Of a DNA stretch of 64,000 nucleotides, positions 29,680 through 39,116 are shown piece by piece. The translations under genes were made by a program, and so were the position numbers. The notes below the pieces were generated by a model. The model worked only from the letters and a program-made list of their open reading frames with translations. It ran no database searches and had not been told where the DNA came from. This DNA comes from an uncultured bacterium (GTDB taxonomy: Bacteria > Edwardsbacteria > CAYGWX01). Location of the stretch: positions 32,983 through 96,982 of the forward strand of contig CAYGWX010000003.1 in NCBI GenBank assembly GCA_964353855.1. The letters run 5' to 3'. Position 1 is the stretch's first letter. Each line of letters opens with the position of its first letter.

Positions 29680-32124
29680 GTGATACTCTATAAGGGCAGA
29701 GTTAAGCCCTTAAAAGAGGAAAACAAGGTGAACCCCAAAACACACCCCCTGCCCCCTCTTGATAGAGGGGAAAGAACACGCCTGCCCGCACCCCCCGCGA
29801 GCCCACACGCTCAAGGGAAACCCGGCAGGCGGTTCGGCTTCTTTATTGGATTTTATCTCGCCCTCTCCCTCCTCCTCCTCGTCGTCACAGGGACGGGGCG
29901 GGGACAGGGGAGCGGGTGGCATTACTTGTCAGGGAACTTATTGCGTGTCGTAAAATTTGTAAGCCAAGAAGGGTGGGTCGTAGGATCACTCGGCCACATT
30001 ATGCACACATCCGATGGGGGAGAGAACTGGGAATTACAGGTTAGCGGGACATCACAAGATTTGCTGAGCCTCTCGTTTATCAACCCACAGACGGGATGGA
30101 TTGGAGGAATGTATGGGACCTTCCTAAAAACAACGAACGGAGGAAATTCCTGGATTCCCCAAACTGCGCCATCTGGAAGGAACATTAAAGCATTGTTCAT
30201 AGACGATAGACACGGGTGGATTACTGTGAGTATCGACTCTATCTATAGAACCACAAACGGCGGGATGGCCTGGGAAGTATACGCAAGCGGAGTGGGTGTT
30301 GGTGGATTTGACCGCGTAGCATTCATAGACAGCCTGATGGGCTGGAGCTCGGGGACCAGAGTATTAAAAACCACTAATGGGGGGATAACCTGGACGACCA
30401 TCACAATGTTAACTTCATCGGCTAATAATATCTGTATGCTTGATTCCCTTTTTGGATGGGCTGCATACTGGCCAACGCATGTCTTTCATACTTCAGACGG
30501 GTGGAATACTTGGGTTGATCAGCGCATTAATGTGGGAGGAGTCCTTTATGACATATCATTTCAAGATACAGTAAGGGGTTATCTCTGTGGTGGAGATAAT
30601 AATGTGCCTGCTACGTTATATTGGACGACGAATGGGGGATCAACCTGGCTCTGGGACAGCACACTGGTAAGAGGCGATAACGCACTATACGCCATGGACG
30701 GTAGTTTTCAACCAAACTATGCTATAGCTGTCGGTGCAGCAGGAGCAATAGTTAAGACAACGAATGGGGGAACAGCGTGGGGAGTAGTGAGAAATACTGA
30801 CATCGGAAACACCAGTCTTTACAATGGAAACTTCGCTAACGCCAACCGCGGCTGGGCTGTAGGAACCTACGGGGTCATAACTCACACGGTCAATGGGGGA
30901 ACCATCTGGAGGAGACAAGTCTCGGGCGTCTCCTCCTTCCTCTACGGTGTCAGCTTCGCCGACTCCCAATACGGCAAGATATGCACCGGCGGCGGAGGCG
31001 TCCTGGGCACCCGCAACGGAGGAACCACCTGGGCCGGAGAATCCACCGGAGCCGCCTCGCCCTTATGGAGCATCGCCTTTCCGGACACCGCGTTCGCCGC
31101 AGCCGTAGGCGGGCATTACGGCCCGGTAACCTTCGACACCACAGGAAACGCAGATTCCCTGGAAGGAAGGGTCAAAGCCAAGCCCTGGAGCCATCCCAGG
31201 AAGGAAGAGGGGAAAGGCCAGAAGGCCCCCTACCGGAGCATCATCCGGACCACCAACGGGGGAGCTCTCTGGCTCGCCAGGAACACCGGGGAGAACCCGC
31301 TTTACGGGGTCGCGTTCATCACCCGGAACAACGGCTGGGCCTGCGGGGACGGGGGAGTCATCCTGCACACCACGGACCTCGGGGCCACCTGGCAGACCCA
31401 GACCTCCGGGGTGACCAACGGCCTGTACTGGATCACGTTCCAGGACACCCTGCACGGCTGGGCCTGCGGGAGCGGGGGCAGGGTCCTCTGGACCACGGAC
31501 GGGGGGAACGCCTGGAACATCGGGAACAGCGGGGTCACCCAGTACCTGAACAGTATCGCGTTCACGGACACCCTTACGGGCTTCGCAGTCTCGGACAACG
31601 GGCTCATCATCCGGAGCACGGACGGGGGGAGGAACTGGGTCCCGGACACCAGCAAGGTCTACGCCAACCTGACCGCAGTCTGCGCCCTGGACTCCACGCA
31701 CGTCTGGACCGTAGGGAGCTTCGGGATGGTGCTTGGGTGGGGGGAAGCAGGGAACACAGGGATAGAAGAAAGGGTTCCAGGGGCCCAGGGTCCAAGGGGT
31801 CAAGAAACGGCCTTAGGACAGAGCTACCCCAATCCGACAAGGGGGATAGCGTCGTTTGAATACGAGCTGGGCAAGGCCGGGAAGGTGAGGGTGAAGGTCT
31901 ACAATCTCGCGGGACAACTGGTGAGGACCTTAGTGGACAGTGGGGAACCCGTGGAAGGTCCCGATAAGCAGCATCGGGATCTCCGCTTCGCTTCGACCGG
32001 GAGGCATGTCGTAACTTGGGATGGAAAAGATAGCTCTGGCAAGAACGTTAGGAGCGGGACGTATTTCTATCGTTTAGAAGTGAGCGGGGAGGGAACGACC
32101 AGGAAACTCATCGTGATACGTTAG
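29680..32124 (+). CDS. Secreted/membrane-anchored protein with ~13 BNR/Ycf48-like (TTNGGxxW) repeats, predicted tandem beta-propellers, and a C-terminal T9SS-type (Por/FlgD-Ig-like) sorting domain
   Basis: 814 aa. Repeats of [HKRW]T[TS][ND]GGxxW occur every ~40-45 aa. The C-terminus SYPNPTRG...VKVYNLAGQLVRTL...SGTYFYRLEV matches the TIGR04183-like CTD. An N-terminal hydrophobic segment follows a 45-aa extension (start codon uncertain). Confidence 0.7.
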   Translation: MILYKGRVKPLKEENKVNPKTHPLPPLDRGERTRLPAPPASPHAQGKPGRRFGFFIGFYLALSLLLLVVTGTGRGQGSGWHYLSGNLLRVVKFVSQEGWVVGSLGHIMHTSDGGENWELQVSGTSQDLLSLSFINPQTGWIGGMYGTFLKTTNGGNSWIPQTAPSGRNIKALFIDDRHGWITVSIDSIYRTTNGGMAWEVYASGVGVGGFDRVAFIDSLMGWSSGTRVLKTTNGGITWTTITMLTSSANNICMLDSLFGWAAYWPTHVFHTSDGWNTWVDQRINVGGVLYDISFQDTVRGYLCGGDNNVPATLYWTTNGGSTWLWDSTLVRGDNALYAMDGSFQPNYAIAVGAAGAIVKTTNGGTAWGVVRNTDIGNTSLYNGNFANANRGWAVGTYGVITHTVNGGTIWRRQVSGVSSFLYGVSFADSQYGKICTGGGGVLGTRNGGTTWAGESTGAASPLWSIAFPDTAFAAAVGGHYGPVTFDTTGNADSLEGRVKAKPWSHPRKEEGKGQKAPYRSIIRTTNGGALWLARNTGENPLYGVAFITRNNGWACGDGGVILHTTDLGATWQTQTSGVTNGLYWITFQDTLHGWACGSGGRVLWTTDGGNAWNIGNSGVTQYLNSIAFTDTLTGFAVSDNGLIIRSTDGGRNWVPDTSKVYANLTAVCALDSTHVWTVGSFGMVLGWGEAGNTGIEERVPGAQGPRGQETALGQSYPNPTRGIASFEYELGKAGKVRVKVYNLAGQLVRTLVDSGEPVEGPDKQHRDLRFASTGRHVVTWDGKDSSGKNVRSGTYFYRLEVSGEGTTRKLIVIR

Positions 32125-32170
32125 GCTACCCCACACTTAACGACAACGGATAAAAAAGGACAAATCTTTT

Positions 32171-32315
32171 AATCCCGCCCACCCACCCATAAGGAAATAA
32201 AAACAATTAATTTAATATAGTTCAACCTCACCCCCGCCCCTCTCCTGAGTCTTCAGGAGAGGGGAGTAAAGGCAGAGGTTAGAAGTTAGAGATTAGAGGT
32301 CAGAAAACCAAAAAC
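32171..32315. repeat. R2 repeat copy 3 (interrupted by a 12-bp perfect hairpin cccctctcctga-gtct-tcaggagagggg at 32237..32264)
   Basis: aatcccgcccacccaccc...ggcagaggttagaagttagagattagaggtcagaaaacc. Confidence 0.6.
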
Positions 32316-32345
32316 CCAGGCCTGAAGGCCTGGCCAATTTATTTC
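32316..32345 (+). terminator. Terminator-like hairpin (ccaggcc-tgaa-ggcctgg followed by ccaatttatttcc)
   Basis: 7-bp perfect stem plus a T-rich tail, upstream of the nuoA promoter. Confidence 0.45.
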
Positions 32346-32376
32346 CAGATAACCCGCACCCCCTATTTCCCCCTTC

Positions 32377-32406
32377 TTGACACCCCCAAAAGAGATATGG
32401 TAAAAT
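32377..32406 (+). promoter_or_regulatory. sigma70-like promoter (TTGACA-18-TAAAAT) for the nuo cluster
   Basis: Consensus hexamers ~45 nt upstream of nuoA. Confidence 0.55.
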
Positions 32407-32451
32407 TTAACAATCCTTACACTTATGCCTGCCTTGTGAACCAGTGAACAA

Positions 32452-32811
32452 ATGCTCCAAGATTACCTTCCCATCCTCCTGAGCATCGGGTTCGTGGGCT
32501 TCGTAGCCCTGGCCATGGTCGGGCTCTCGGCCTGGTTCGGGCCTCATAAACCCTCCAAAGAGAAATTAGCCCCTTACGAATGCGGCGTTCCGCCCAGGGG
32601 GGACGCCCGGCTGCGCTATCCGGTTAAATTCTACCTAGTCGCCATGCTCTTCATCCTGTTCGACATCGAAGCCGTGTTCCTGTACCCCTGGGCCGTGATC
32701 TACAAGGAGCTGAAACTCTTCGGACTCGTGGAGGCCGGGGTTTTCCTGGTCATCCTTCTTCTGGGCTTGTTCTACGTCCTCAAGAAAAACGTCCTGGACT
32801 TCGAGCGATGA
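32452..32811 (+). CDS. nuoA: NADH-quinone oxidoreductase subunit A
   Basis: 119 aa, 3 TM helices (LAPYECG motif). Confidence 0.85.
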   Translation: MLQDYLPILLSIGFVGFVALAMVGLSAWFGPHKPSKEKLAPYECGVPPRGDARLRYPVKFYLVAMLFILFDIEAVFLYPWAVIYKELKLFGLVEAGVFLVILLLGLFYVLKKNVLDFER

Positions 32812-33278
32812 TCTCCGAGGAAACCAAGAAGCAAATCGCGGAGCAAGCCGCCAGGTATCCTGAGAAGCGCTCGGCCATTCTTCCGGCCCTTTACCTCGTT
32901 CAAGGAGAGGAAGGCTACATCACCAGGGAAGGGGCCGAGGCCGTGGCCAAGATCCTCGGCATCACGCCCACCGAGGTCTGGTCCGTGGCCAGCTTCTACA
33001 CCATGTTCAACCTCAAGCCGGTGGGCAAATTCCATATCCAGGCCTGCAAGAACATCTCCTGCCACCTGGCCGGGTCCGAGAAGATCATCGAGACCCTGAG
33101 CCGGAAGTTAGGCGTCCCGGTGGGGGGGACCACCGCGGACGGGAAGTTCACCCTGTCGGTCGTGGAGTGCCTGGGCTCCTGCGGCACCGGGCCCATGATG
33201 CAGGTCAACGACGATTACTACGAGGGCCTCACCGAGGCTAGGGTGGACGAGATCCTGGAAGCGTTGAGGAAACAGTGA
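32808..33278 (+). CDS. nuoE: NADH-quinone oxidoreductase subunit E (24-kDa, thioredoxin-like [2Fe-2S])
   Basis: 156 aa with the four Cys (CKNISCHL...CLGSCGTGP) of the NuoE family. Confidence 0.8.
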   Translation: MISEETKKQIAEQAARYPEKRSAILPALYLVQGEEGYITREGAEAVAKILGITPTEVWSVASFYTMFNLKPVGKFHIQACKNISCHLAGSEKIIETLSRKLGVPVGGTTADGKFTLSVVECLGSCGTGPMMQVNDDYYEGLTEARVDEILEALRKQ

Positions 33279-34339
33279 TGTGGTTCGAGCTCATCGCCAC
33301 CCTGGCCAAGATCGTGGTCTTCATCATGGGGGTGCTTCTCCTGATGGCCTTCATGACCTGGGTGGAGCGCCGGGGCCTGGCCATGTTCCAGATGCGGGTG
33401 GGCCCGAACCGGGTGGGACCTTTCGGGCTCCTGCAGCCCATCGCGGACGGACTGAAGCTCCTGTTCAAGGAGGACTTCATCCCCTCCCGGGCTGACCGGC
33501 TCCTGTTCCTGGCCGCCCCGATCATCTCCTTCTCCATGGCCACCCTGGTCTTCGCCGTGATCCCGTTCGGAGGCTCGTTCACGGTGATGGGCCACCGGGT
33601 GGTGCTGCAGATCGCAGACATCGGGATCGGCCTCCTGTTCGTCCTGGGGGTGACCTCCCTGGGCGTTTACGGCATCGTCCTGGCGGGATGGTCCGGAAAC
33701 TCCAAGTACCCGCTCGTGGGCGGGATCCGCTCCTCGGCCCAGATGATCTCCTACGAGCTGTCCCTGGGACTGGCGGTGATCTGCGTTCTGCTGTGGGCCA
33801 ATTCCCTCCGGCTTTCCGAGATCGTGGCCGCCCAGGCCGGGCTGATGAAGCTTTTCGGGACCATCCCCTTTCCCAAGTGGTTCGTGCTGAACCCGGTCCT
33901 GTTCCTGGCCTTCCTCATCTTCATGACCTGCGGACTGGCCGAGACCAACCGCGTTCCCTTCGACCTCCCGGAGGCCGAGTCCGAGCTCGTCTCGGGGTTC
34001 CATACCGAGTACGGCAGCATGAAGTTTGCGATGTTCTTCCTGGGGGAGTACATCGCCATGATCGCGGGATCGGCCATGATCGTGACCCTGTTCTTCGGGG
34101 GCTGGCACGGCCCGATCCCACCCTTGGGCAATGAATACGTCCAGGCGGCGATCTCCCTCGTCAACTTCGGTGGCAAGCTCCTTTTCTTCCTGTTCTTCTT
34201 CGTCTGGGTCCGGGCTACACTGCCCAGGCTCAAGTACTACCAGCTGATGAACCTGGGCTGGAAGGCGCTCCTGCCCTTGGCCCTGGTGCTGGTCCTGGTT
34301 TCCGGGGCCGTGCAGGCCTGGGCCAGCGGGTGGCTGTGA
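33275..34339 (+). CDS. nuoH: NADH-quinone oxidoreductase subunit H
   Basis: 354 aa, ND1 family (VERRGLAMFQMRVGPNRVGPFGLLQPIADGLKL). Confidence 0.9.
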   Translation: MMWFELIATLAKIVVFIMGVLLLMAFMTWVERRGLAMFQMRVGPNRVGPFGLLQPIADGLKLLFKEDFIPSRADRLLFLAAPIISFSMATLVFAVIPFGGSFTVMGHRVVLQIADIGIGLLFVLGVTSLGVYGIVLAGWSGNSKYPLVGGIRSSAQMISYELSLGLAVICVLLWANSLRLSEIVAAQAGLMKLFGTIPFPKWFVLNPVLFLAFLIFMTCGLAETNRVPFDLPEAESELVSGFHTEYGSMKFAMFFLGEYIAMIAGSAMIVTLFFGGWHGPIPPLGNEYVQAAISLVNFGGKLLFFLFFFVWVRATLPRLKYYQLMNLGWKALLPLALVLVLVSGAVQAWASGWL

Positions 34340-34797
34340 TGCCCGGGTCCTGGAAGGCCGTCCTTTCCATGGCGATCCTCCTCGCGGGATGCTCCTCCAA
34401 ACAAAACACGGCCCCGCCCGCAGAGGCCTTCTCGGCCACTTCGGACGGGACCGTTCATGACTACCAGTACCCCGGATACAATAAAGCTACGGTCAAAGTC
34501 GGGGTAAAGTTCACCTCGACCTCGTCCAAGACCTGCCTCTTGGACTCCCTGGAAATCAAATCTCCTAACGATTCTGTGCTGCCCGGAAAGCAAGCCATCC
34601 TCAAGACGCTCTGGCTGGATACGTTGGCCAGTGGGGACACCACCAGCCACGAGTTCACTATTGCTGATTCCCGGACTGTCGGAAGAGATCCCGGAGCTGC
34701 TCCGTATCCTCCTGGACGCGGCAGGTATTATCTCAGAGCCTGGGGTCGCTGGGACGGGACAACCCACGAAAGCCCGCAGTACTCCTGGACATGGTGA
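34339..34797 (+). CDS. Hypothetical lipoprotein (signal peptide + LAGC lipobox) in the position normally occupied by nuoI
   Basis: ~152 aa. ATG overlaps the nuoH stop (TGATG) and the 3' end overlaps nuoJ. No Fe-S Cys motifs. Mature protein predicted Ser/Thr-rich and mostly beta. Confidence 0.55.
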   Translation: MPGSWKAVLSMAILLAGCSSKQNTAPPAEAFSATSDGTVHDYQYPGYNKATVKVGVKFTSTSSKTCLLDSLEIKSPNDSVLPGKQAILKTLWLDTLASGDTTSHEFTIADSRTVGRDPGAAPYPPGRGRYYLRAWGRWDGTTHESPQYSWTW

Positions 34798-35321
34798 CGC
34801 TTAACCTGGTGTTTTGGGGCATCCTGGCCGCCCTGGCCGTGGGCAGCGGGCTGGCCGTGATCCTGATCCGGAACCCTATCTACTGCGCCCTGTCCCTGGT
34901 CGTGAACTTCTTCCTCCTGGCCGTGATGTACCTCCTCCTGCGGGCCGAGTTCCTGGCCGCGATCCAGGTCATCGTCTACGCCGGGACCATCATGGTCCTT
35001 TTCATCTTCGTCATCATGCTCCTGAACCTGGGCGGGGAGGAGACTAGGGACAAACTGCGCGTCCTACGTCCCCTGGCCTTCCTGCTGGGCCTGGTCCTTT
35101 TGGTGGAGGTCGTGGCGGCCCTGCGCTACCGGGCCTACGCCGTGGAAAACCCGGCTTTGTCTTTCCCCCTGGTCAGCGCTCCCCCGGCCGTGACCGGCGG
35201 GGTGCGAGAGTTCGGCAGGCTCCTGTTCACGGATTACCTGCTGCCCTTCGAGATCACCTCCGTGCTTCTCTTGATCGCCATCGTGGGCGCGGTCGTCCTG
35301 GGCCGGAAGGAGTCCTCTTAA
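34791..35321 (+). CDS. nuoJ: NADH-quinone oxidoreductase subunit J
   Basis: 176 aa, ND6 family. Confidence 0.85.
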   Translation: MVTLNLVFWGILAALAVGSGLAVILIRNPIYCALSLVVNFFLLAVMYLLLRAEFLAAIQVIVYAGTIMVLFIFVIMLLNLGGEETRDKLRVLRPLAFLLGLVLLVEVVAALRYRAYAVENPALSFPLVSAPPAVTGGVREFGRLLFTDYLLPFEITSVLLLIAIVGAVVLGRKESS

Positions 35322-35322
35322 C

Positions 35323-35625
35323 ATGGTGCCCGAGGGCTATTACCTCATCCTTTCCGCGGCCCTTTTCGCCATCGGCGTGGCCGGGGTCCTGATCCGCCGG
35401 AACCCGATCGTGATCTTCATGTCCATCGAGCTGATGCTGAACGCCGTGAACCTCTCCTTCATCGCCTTCGCGAGCCAACTTAACTCCCTAGACGGCCAGG
35501 TCTTCGTGTTCTTCGTGATGGCCGTAGCCGCAGCCGAGGTCGCGGTGGGACTGGCCATCATCGTGTCCATCTTCCGGGCCCGGACCTCGGTGGACGTGGA
35601 CGAGATGAACCTGATGAAATGGTGA
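35323..35625 (+). CDS. nuoK: NADH-quinone oxidoreductase subunit K
   Basis: 100 aa, ND4L family. Confidence 0.9.
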   Translation: MVPEGYYLILSAALFAIGVAGVLIRRNPIVIFMSIELMLNAVNLSFIAFASQLNSLDGQVFVFFVMAVAAAEVAVGLAIIVSIFRARTSVDVDEMNLMKW

Positions 35626-37553
35626 TGCTCGACACCCTCTGGCTCATTCCTGCGCTTCCCTTCATCGGGTTCCTATTCAACGGCCTCCTGGGCAAGAAGG
35701 TGCCCAAGGCGGTCGTTTCCTGGGTGGCCTGCGGGATGGTGGGGCTGGCCTTTGCGGGTGCGCTTCTCGCCTTCAGGAACCTGCTCAATCTCCCGGCCGA
35801 GGAGCGTTTTTTCACCCAAAGCCTATTCACCTGGATCCCCTCCGGGGACCTGCTGGTGAAAATCGGGCTGCAGCTCGACCCCTTGTCGGCCGTAATGATT
35901 CTGGTCGTCACGGGGGTCGGGTTTCTGATCCACGTCTATTCCATCGGGTACATGCATTCCGAGGAGGGCTACGGCCGCTACTTCGCTTACTTGAACCTGT
36001 TCACCTTCGCCATGCTTACCCTGGTCCTGGCCGACAATTTCCTCCTGATGTTCGTGGGCTGGGAAGGAGTGGGGCTGTGCTCATATCTCCTGATCGGCTA
36101 CTGGTACGAGAAGCCTACGGCCGCGAACGCCGGACGGAAGGCCTTCGTGGTGAACCGCATCGGGGACTTCGGGTTCCTTCTGGCCATGATGTTGATCTTC
36201 TCCCTGTTCGGAACCCTTCGGTTCGACTCTATTTTCCATCAGGCTCCTTTGGCTCTGACCTTCGGTGGAGGAATGGCCACGACCATCACCTTGCTTCTTT
36301 TCCTAGGAGCTACCGGGAAATCGGCTCAAATTCCTCTGTATATCTGGCTTCCGGATGCCATGGAAGGCCCCACACCGGTTTCGGCCCTGATCCATGCCGC
36401 AACCATGGTGACCGCCGGGGTCTACATGGTAGCTCGCTGTCACGTGCTCTTCCTCCTCGCTCCGATCTCTCTGGCCATTGTGGCCGTCATCGGAGCCCTG
36501 ACCGCTCTGTTCGCGGCCTCCATCGGTCTGGTTCAGAACGACATCAAACGGGTACTGGCCTATTCCACGATCAGCCAACTGGGCTACATGTTCCTGGGCT
36601 GCGGGGTGGGTGCCTTCGCGGCCGGGATCTTTCATCTCATGACGCACGCCTTCTTCAAGGCGCTCTTGTTCCTGGGATCTGGCTCTGTGATCCACGCCCT
36701 GTCCGGGGAGCAGGACATCCGCAAGATGGGCGGTATCGCCAAGAGGATTCCGGTGACCCACGCCACGTTCTTCATCGGTGCCCTGGCCATCGCCGGGTTC
36801 CCGGGGCTAGCCGGGTTCTTCAGCAAGGACGAGATCCTGTGGAAGGCCTTCTCCAGCCCGCAGGGGAGCGGCCTCTTGTGGTTCTTCGGAGTCCTGGCGG
36901 CCCTGTTTACAGCCTTCTACATGTTCCGGCTCCTGTTCCTCACGTTTCACGGTAAGTCCCGGGTGGAGCAGGACAAGGAACACCACTTGCACGAATCTCC
37001 TTCCACCATGCTCTTCGCCCTGGTCATCCTGGCTCTCCTCTCTGTCGTGGGGGGGTACATCGGAGTGCCCAAGATACTTGGCGGAGGTAACGTTTTCGAA
37101 TCCTTCTTGGAGCCCGTTTTCACGCGCTACCCGGTCCTGGGATCCTTGGCTGAGGGGGTGCATCCCCTCAGCCTGGAGTGGACCCTGCTTCTCGTTTCGG
37201 TCGCCGTGGCCTTGATGGGGATCCTCCTGGCCTGGCTCCTCTACCTCAAGCGGGACCGGATCCCTGCCGCTCTGGTCAAGCGGTTCCCCTCGCTCTACGA
37301 CTTGATCCTAAATAAATATTTCGTGGACGAGGTCTACGGAGCCCTAATCGTCATCCCGGGGAGGAAGCTCTCGGAGCTTACCTATGACCGCTTTGACCTG
37401 GGCATCGTGGACGGCCTGGTGAACTTCGTGGGCGAATTCGTGGTGCGGGCGGGGGAGGGCTTGAAGCGGGTACAGATGGGTTACGTCCGACAGTACGCCT
37501 TTGCCATCCTGCTCTCGGCCCTCTGCGTGTTGGGATACTTTCTTTTAAGATAG
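35619..37553 (+). CDS. nuoL: NADH-quinone oxidoreductase subunit L
   Basis: 644 aa, ND5/antiporter-like. Confidence 0.9.
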   Translation: MVMLDTLWLIPALPFIGFLFNGLLGKKVPKAVVSWVACGMVGLAFAGALLAFRNLLNLPAEERFFTQSLFTWIPSGDLLVKIGLQLDPLSAVMILVVTGVGFLIHVYSIGYMHSEEGYGRYFAYLNLFTFAMLTLVLADNFLLMFVGWEGVGLCSYLLIGYWYEKPTAANAGRKAFVVNRIGDFGFLLAMMLIFSLFGTLRFDSIFHQAPLALTFGGGMATTITLLLFLGATGKSAQIPLYIWLPDAMEGPTPVSALIHAATMVTAGVYMVARCHVLFLLAPISLAIVAVIGALTALFAASIGLVQNDIKRVLAYSTISQLGYMFLGCGVGAFAAGIFHLMTHAFFKALLFLGSGSVIHALSGEQDIRKMGGIAKRIPVTHATFFIGALAIAGFPGLAGFFSKDEILWKAFSSPQGSGLLWFFGVLAALFTAFYMFRLLFLTFHGKSRVEQDKEHHLHESPSTMLFALVILALLSVVGGYIGVPKILGGGNVFESFLEPVFTRYPVLGSLAEGVHPLSLEWTLLLVSVAVALMGILLAWLLYLKRDRIPAALVKRFPSLYDLILNKYFVDEVYGALIVIPGRKLSELTYDRFDLGIVDGLVNFVGEFVVRAGEGLKRVQMGYVRQYAFAILLSALCVLGYFLLR

Positions 37554-39116
37554 ATGAACTTCTCATCCTATCCTATCCTCTCCGGGATCACTTTTCTGCC
37601 TCTTGTCGGGGCTTTCCTTATCCTGTTATGGACCAGGGAACGTCAGGGCCTCATCCGCTGGACCGCCTTCGTCACAAGCCTTATCAATTTCCTGATCTCC
37701 ATTCCCCTGTTCACCCAGTTCAAGCTGGGCACGGCCGAGATGCAGTTCGAGGAGAAGGTTCCCTGGATTCAATCCTGGGGCGTCTCCTATCACCTCGGGG
37801 TGGATGGGATCAGCCTGCTCTTGGTTCTCCTGACGACTTTCCTCTCGGCCATCGCCATCCTTTCGTCGTTCTCGGCCATTAAGGAGAGGGTCAAGGAATA
37901 CTATATTTTCATGCTGTTTCTGGAAACCGGGATGATCGGGGTGTTTACCTCCCTGGACCTGTTCCTGTTCTACATCTTCTGGGAGGCGATGCTCATCCCG
38001 ATGTATTTCCTGATCGGGGTGTGGGGGGGACCCCGCAAGATCTACGCCGCGGTGAAGTTCTTCCTGTACACGATGTTCGGAAGCGTTCTCATGCTGGTGG
38101 CCATCCTGGTTTTGTTCTTCTCCCATTACCAGGCCACCGGCGAATACACCTTCGATCTCCTGAAGCTGTTTTCCTTATCCATCGCCCCGGCATGGCAGCT
38201 CTGGCTCTTCTTGGCCTTCGGCGTGGCCTTCGCCATCAAGGTCCCCATGTTCCCCTTCCACACTTGGCTTCCGGACGCCCACGTGGAAGCCCCCACGGCC
38301 GGGAGCGTGATCCTGGCCGGGGTGCTCCTGAAGATGGGGACCTACGGATTCGTGCGCTTCTGCCTGCCCCTCTTCCCCCAGGCTAGCCAGGGCTTCGTAC
38401 CGCTCATCTCCATTTTGGCTCTCATCGGAATCATCTACGGCGCTCTGATGTCCCTGGTCCAGAAGGACATCAAGAAGCTGGTGGCCTACTCCAGCGTGAG
38501 CCACCTGGGCTTTGTGATGCTGGGCCTGTTCGCGTTCACGATTCAGGGTCTGGAGGGCGGGCTCCTGCAGATGATCAACCACGGCATTTCCACCGGAGCG
38601 CTATTCTTGATCGTAGGCATGATCTACGAGCGGAGGCATACCCGTTTGATCGCTGACTTCGGGGGGCTCTCCAAGGTGCTCCCGGTGCTTGCCACCTTCT
38701 TTATGATCACGACCCTTTCATCCATCGGACTTCCCGGAACTAATGGCTTCGTAGGTGAGTTTTTGATCTTGCTTGGGACCCTCCGCTCGGCGCATCCCCA
38801 TGCCATCGCCTATGCTGCGTTCGCAGCCACCGGCGTCATCTTGGGCGCAGTCTACATGCTTTGGATGTTTCAGCGAGTGATGTTCGGCCCTCTTGATAAA
38901 TCCGAGAATAAGGTCCTCAAGGACTTGAACTTCAGAGAGGTTATCATCCTCCTGGCCATGACAGCGATGATCTTCTGGATCGGAATATATCCCAAACCCT
39001 TCCTGTCGCGGTTGGAAGCCTCCTGTTATAACATCCTGAAGCAGGTCCAGCGTCCAGCGCAAGAGACGATTATCAACGTGGGGGAGGACCCTCCCTCCCA
39101 GGGTGAGTCGAGATGA
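37554..39116 (+). CDS. nuoM: NADH-quinone oxidoreductase subunit M
   Basis: 520 aa, ND4 family. Confidence 0.9.
   Translation: MNFSSYPILSGITFLPLVGAFLILLWTRERQGLIRWTAFVTSLINFLISIPLFTQFKLGTAEMQFEEKVPWIQSWGVSYHLGVDGISLLLVLLTTFLSAIAILSSFSAIKERVKEYYIFMLFLETGMIGVFTSLDLFLFYIFWEAMLIPMYFLIGVWGGPRKIYAAVKFFLYTMFGSVLMLVAILVLFFSHYQATGEYTFDLLKLFSLSIAPAWQLWLFLAFGVAFAIKVPMFPFHTWLPDAHVEAPTAGSVILAGVLLKMGTYGFVRFCLPLFPQASQGFVPLISILALIGIIYGALMSLVQKDIKKLVAYSSVSHLGFVMLGLFAFTIQGLEGGLLQMINHGISTGALFLIVGMIYERRHTRLIADFGGLSKVLPVLATFFMITTLSSIGLPGTNGFVGEFLILLGTLRSAHPHAIAYAAFAATGVILGAVYMLWMFQRVMFGPLDKSENKVLKDLNFREVIILLAMTAMIFWIGIYPKPFLSRLEASCYNILKQVQRPAQETIINVGEDPPSQGESR

Noticed and set aside
30981-31859. 292-aa + ORF and 246-aa - ORF inside the BNR-repeat gene
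   Set aside because: Alternative frames of a repeat-rich gene. Arg/Gly/Pro-rich low complexity.
33218-34108. 296-aa minus-strand ORF and several + frame ORFs overlapping nuoH
   Set aside because: Overlap a confidently identified NuoH. They are low-complexity Arg/Gly/His-rich translations with no start context.
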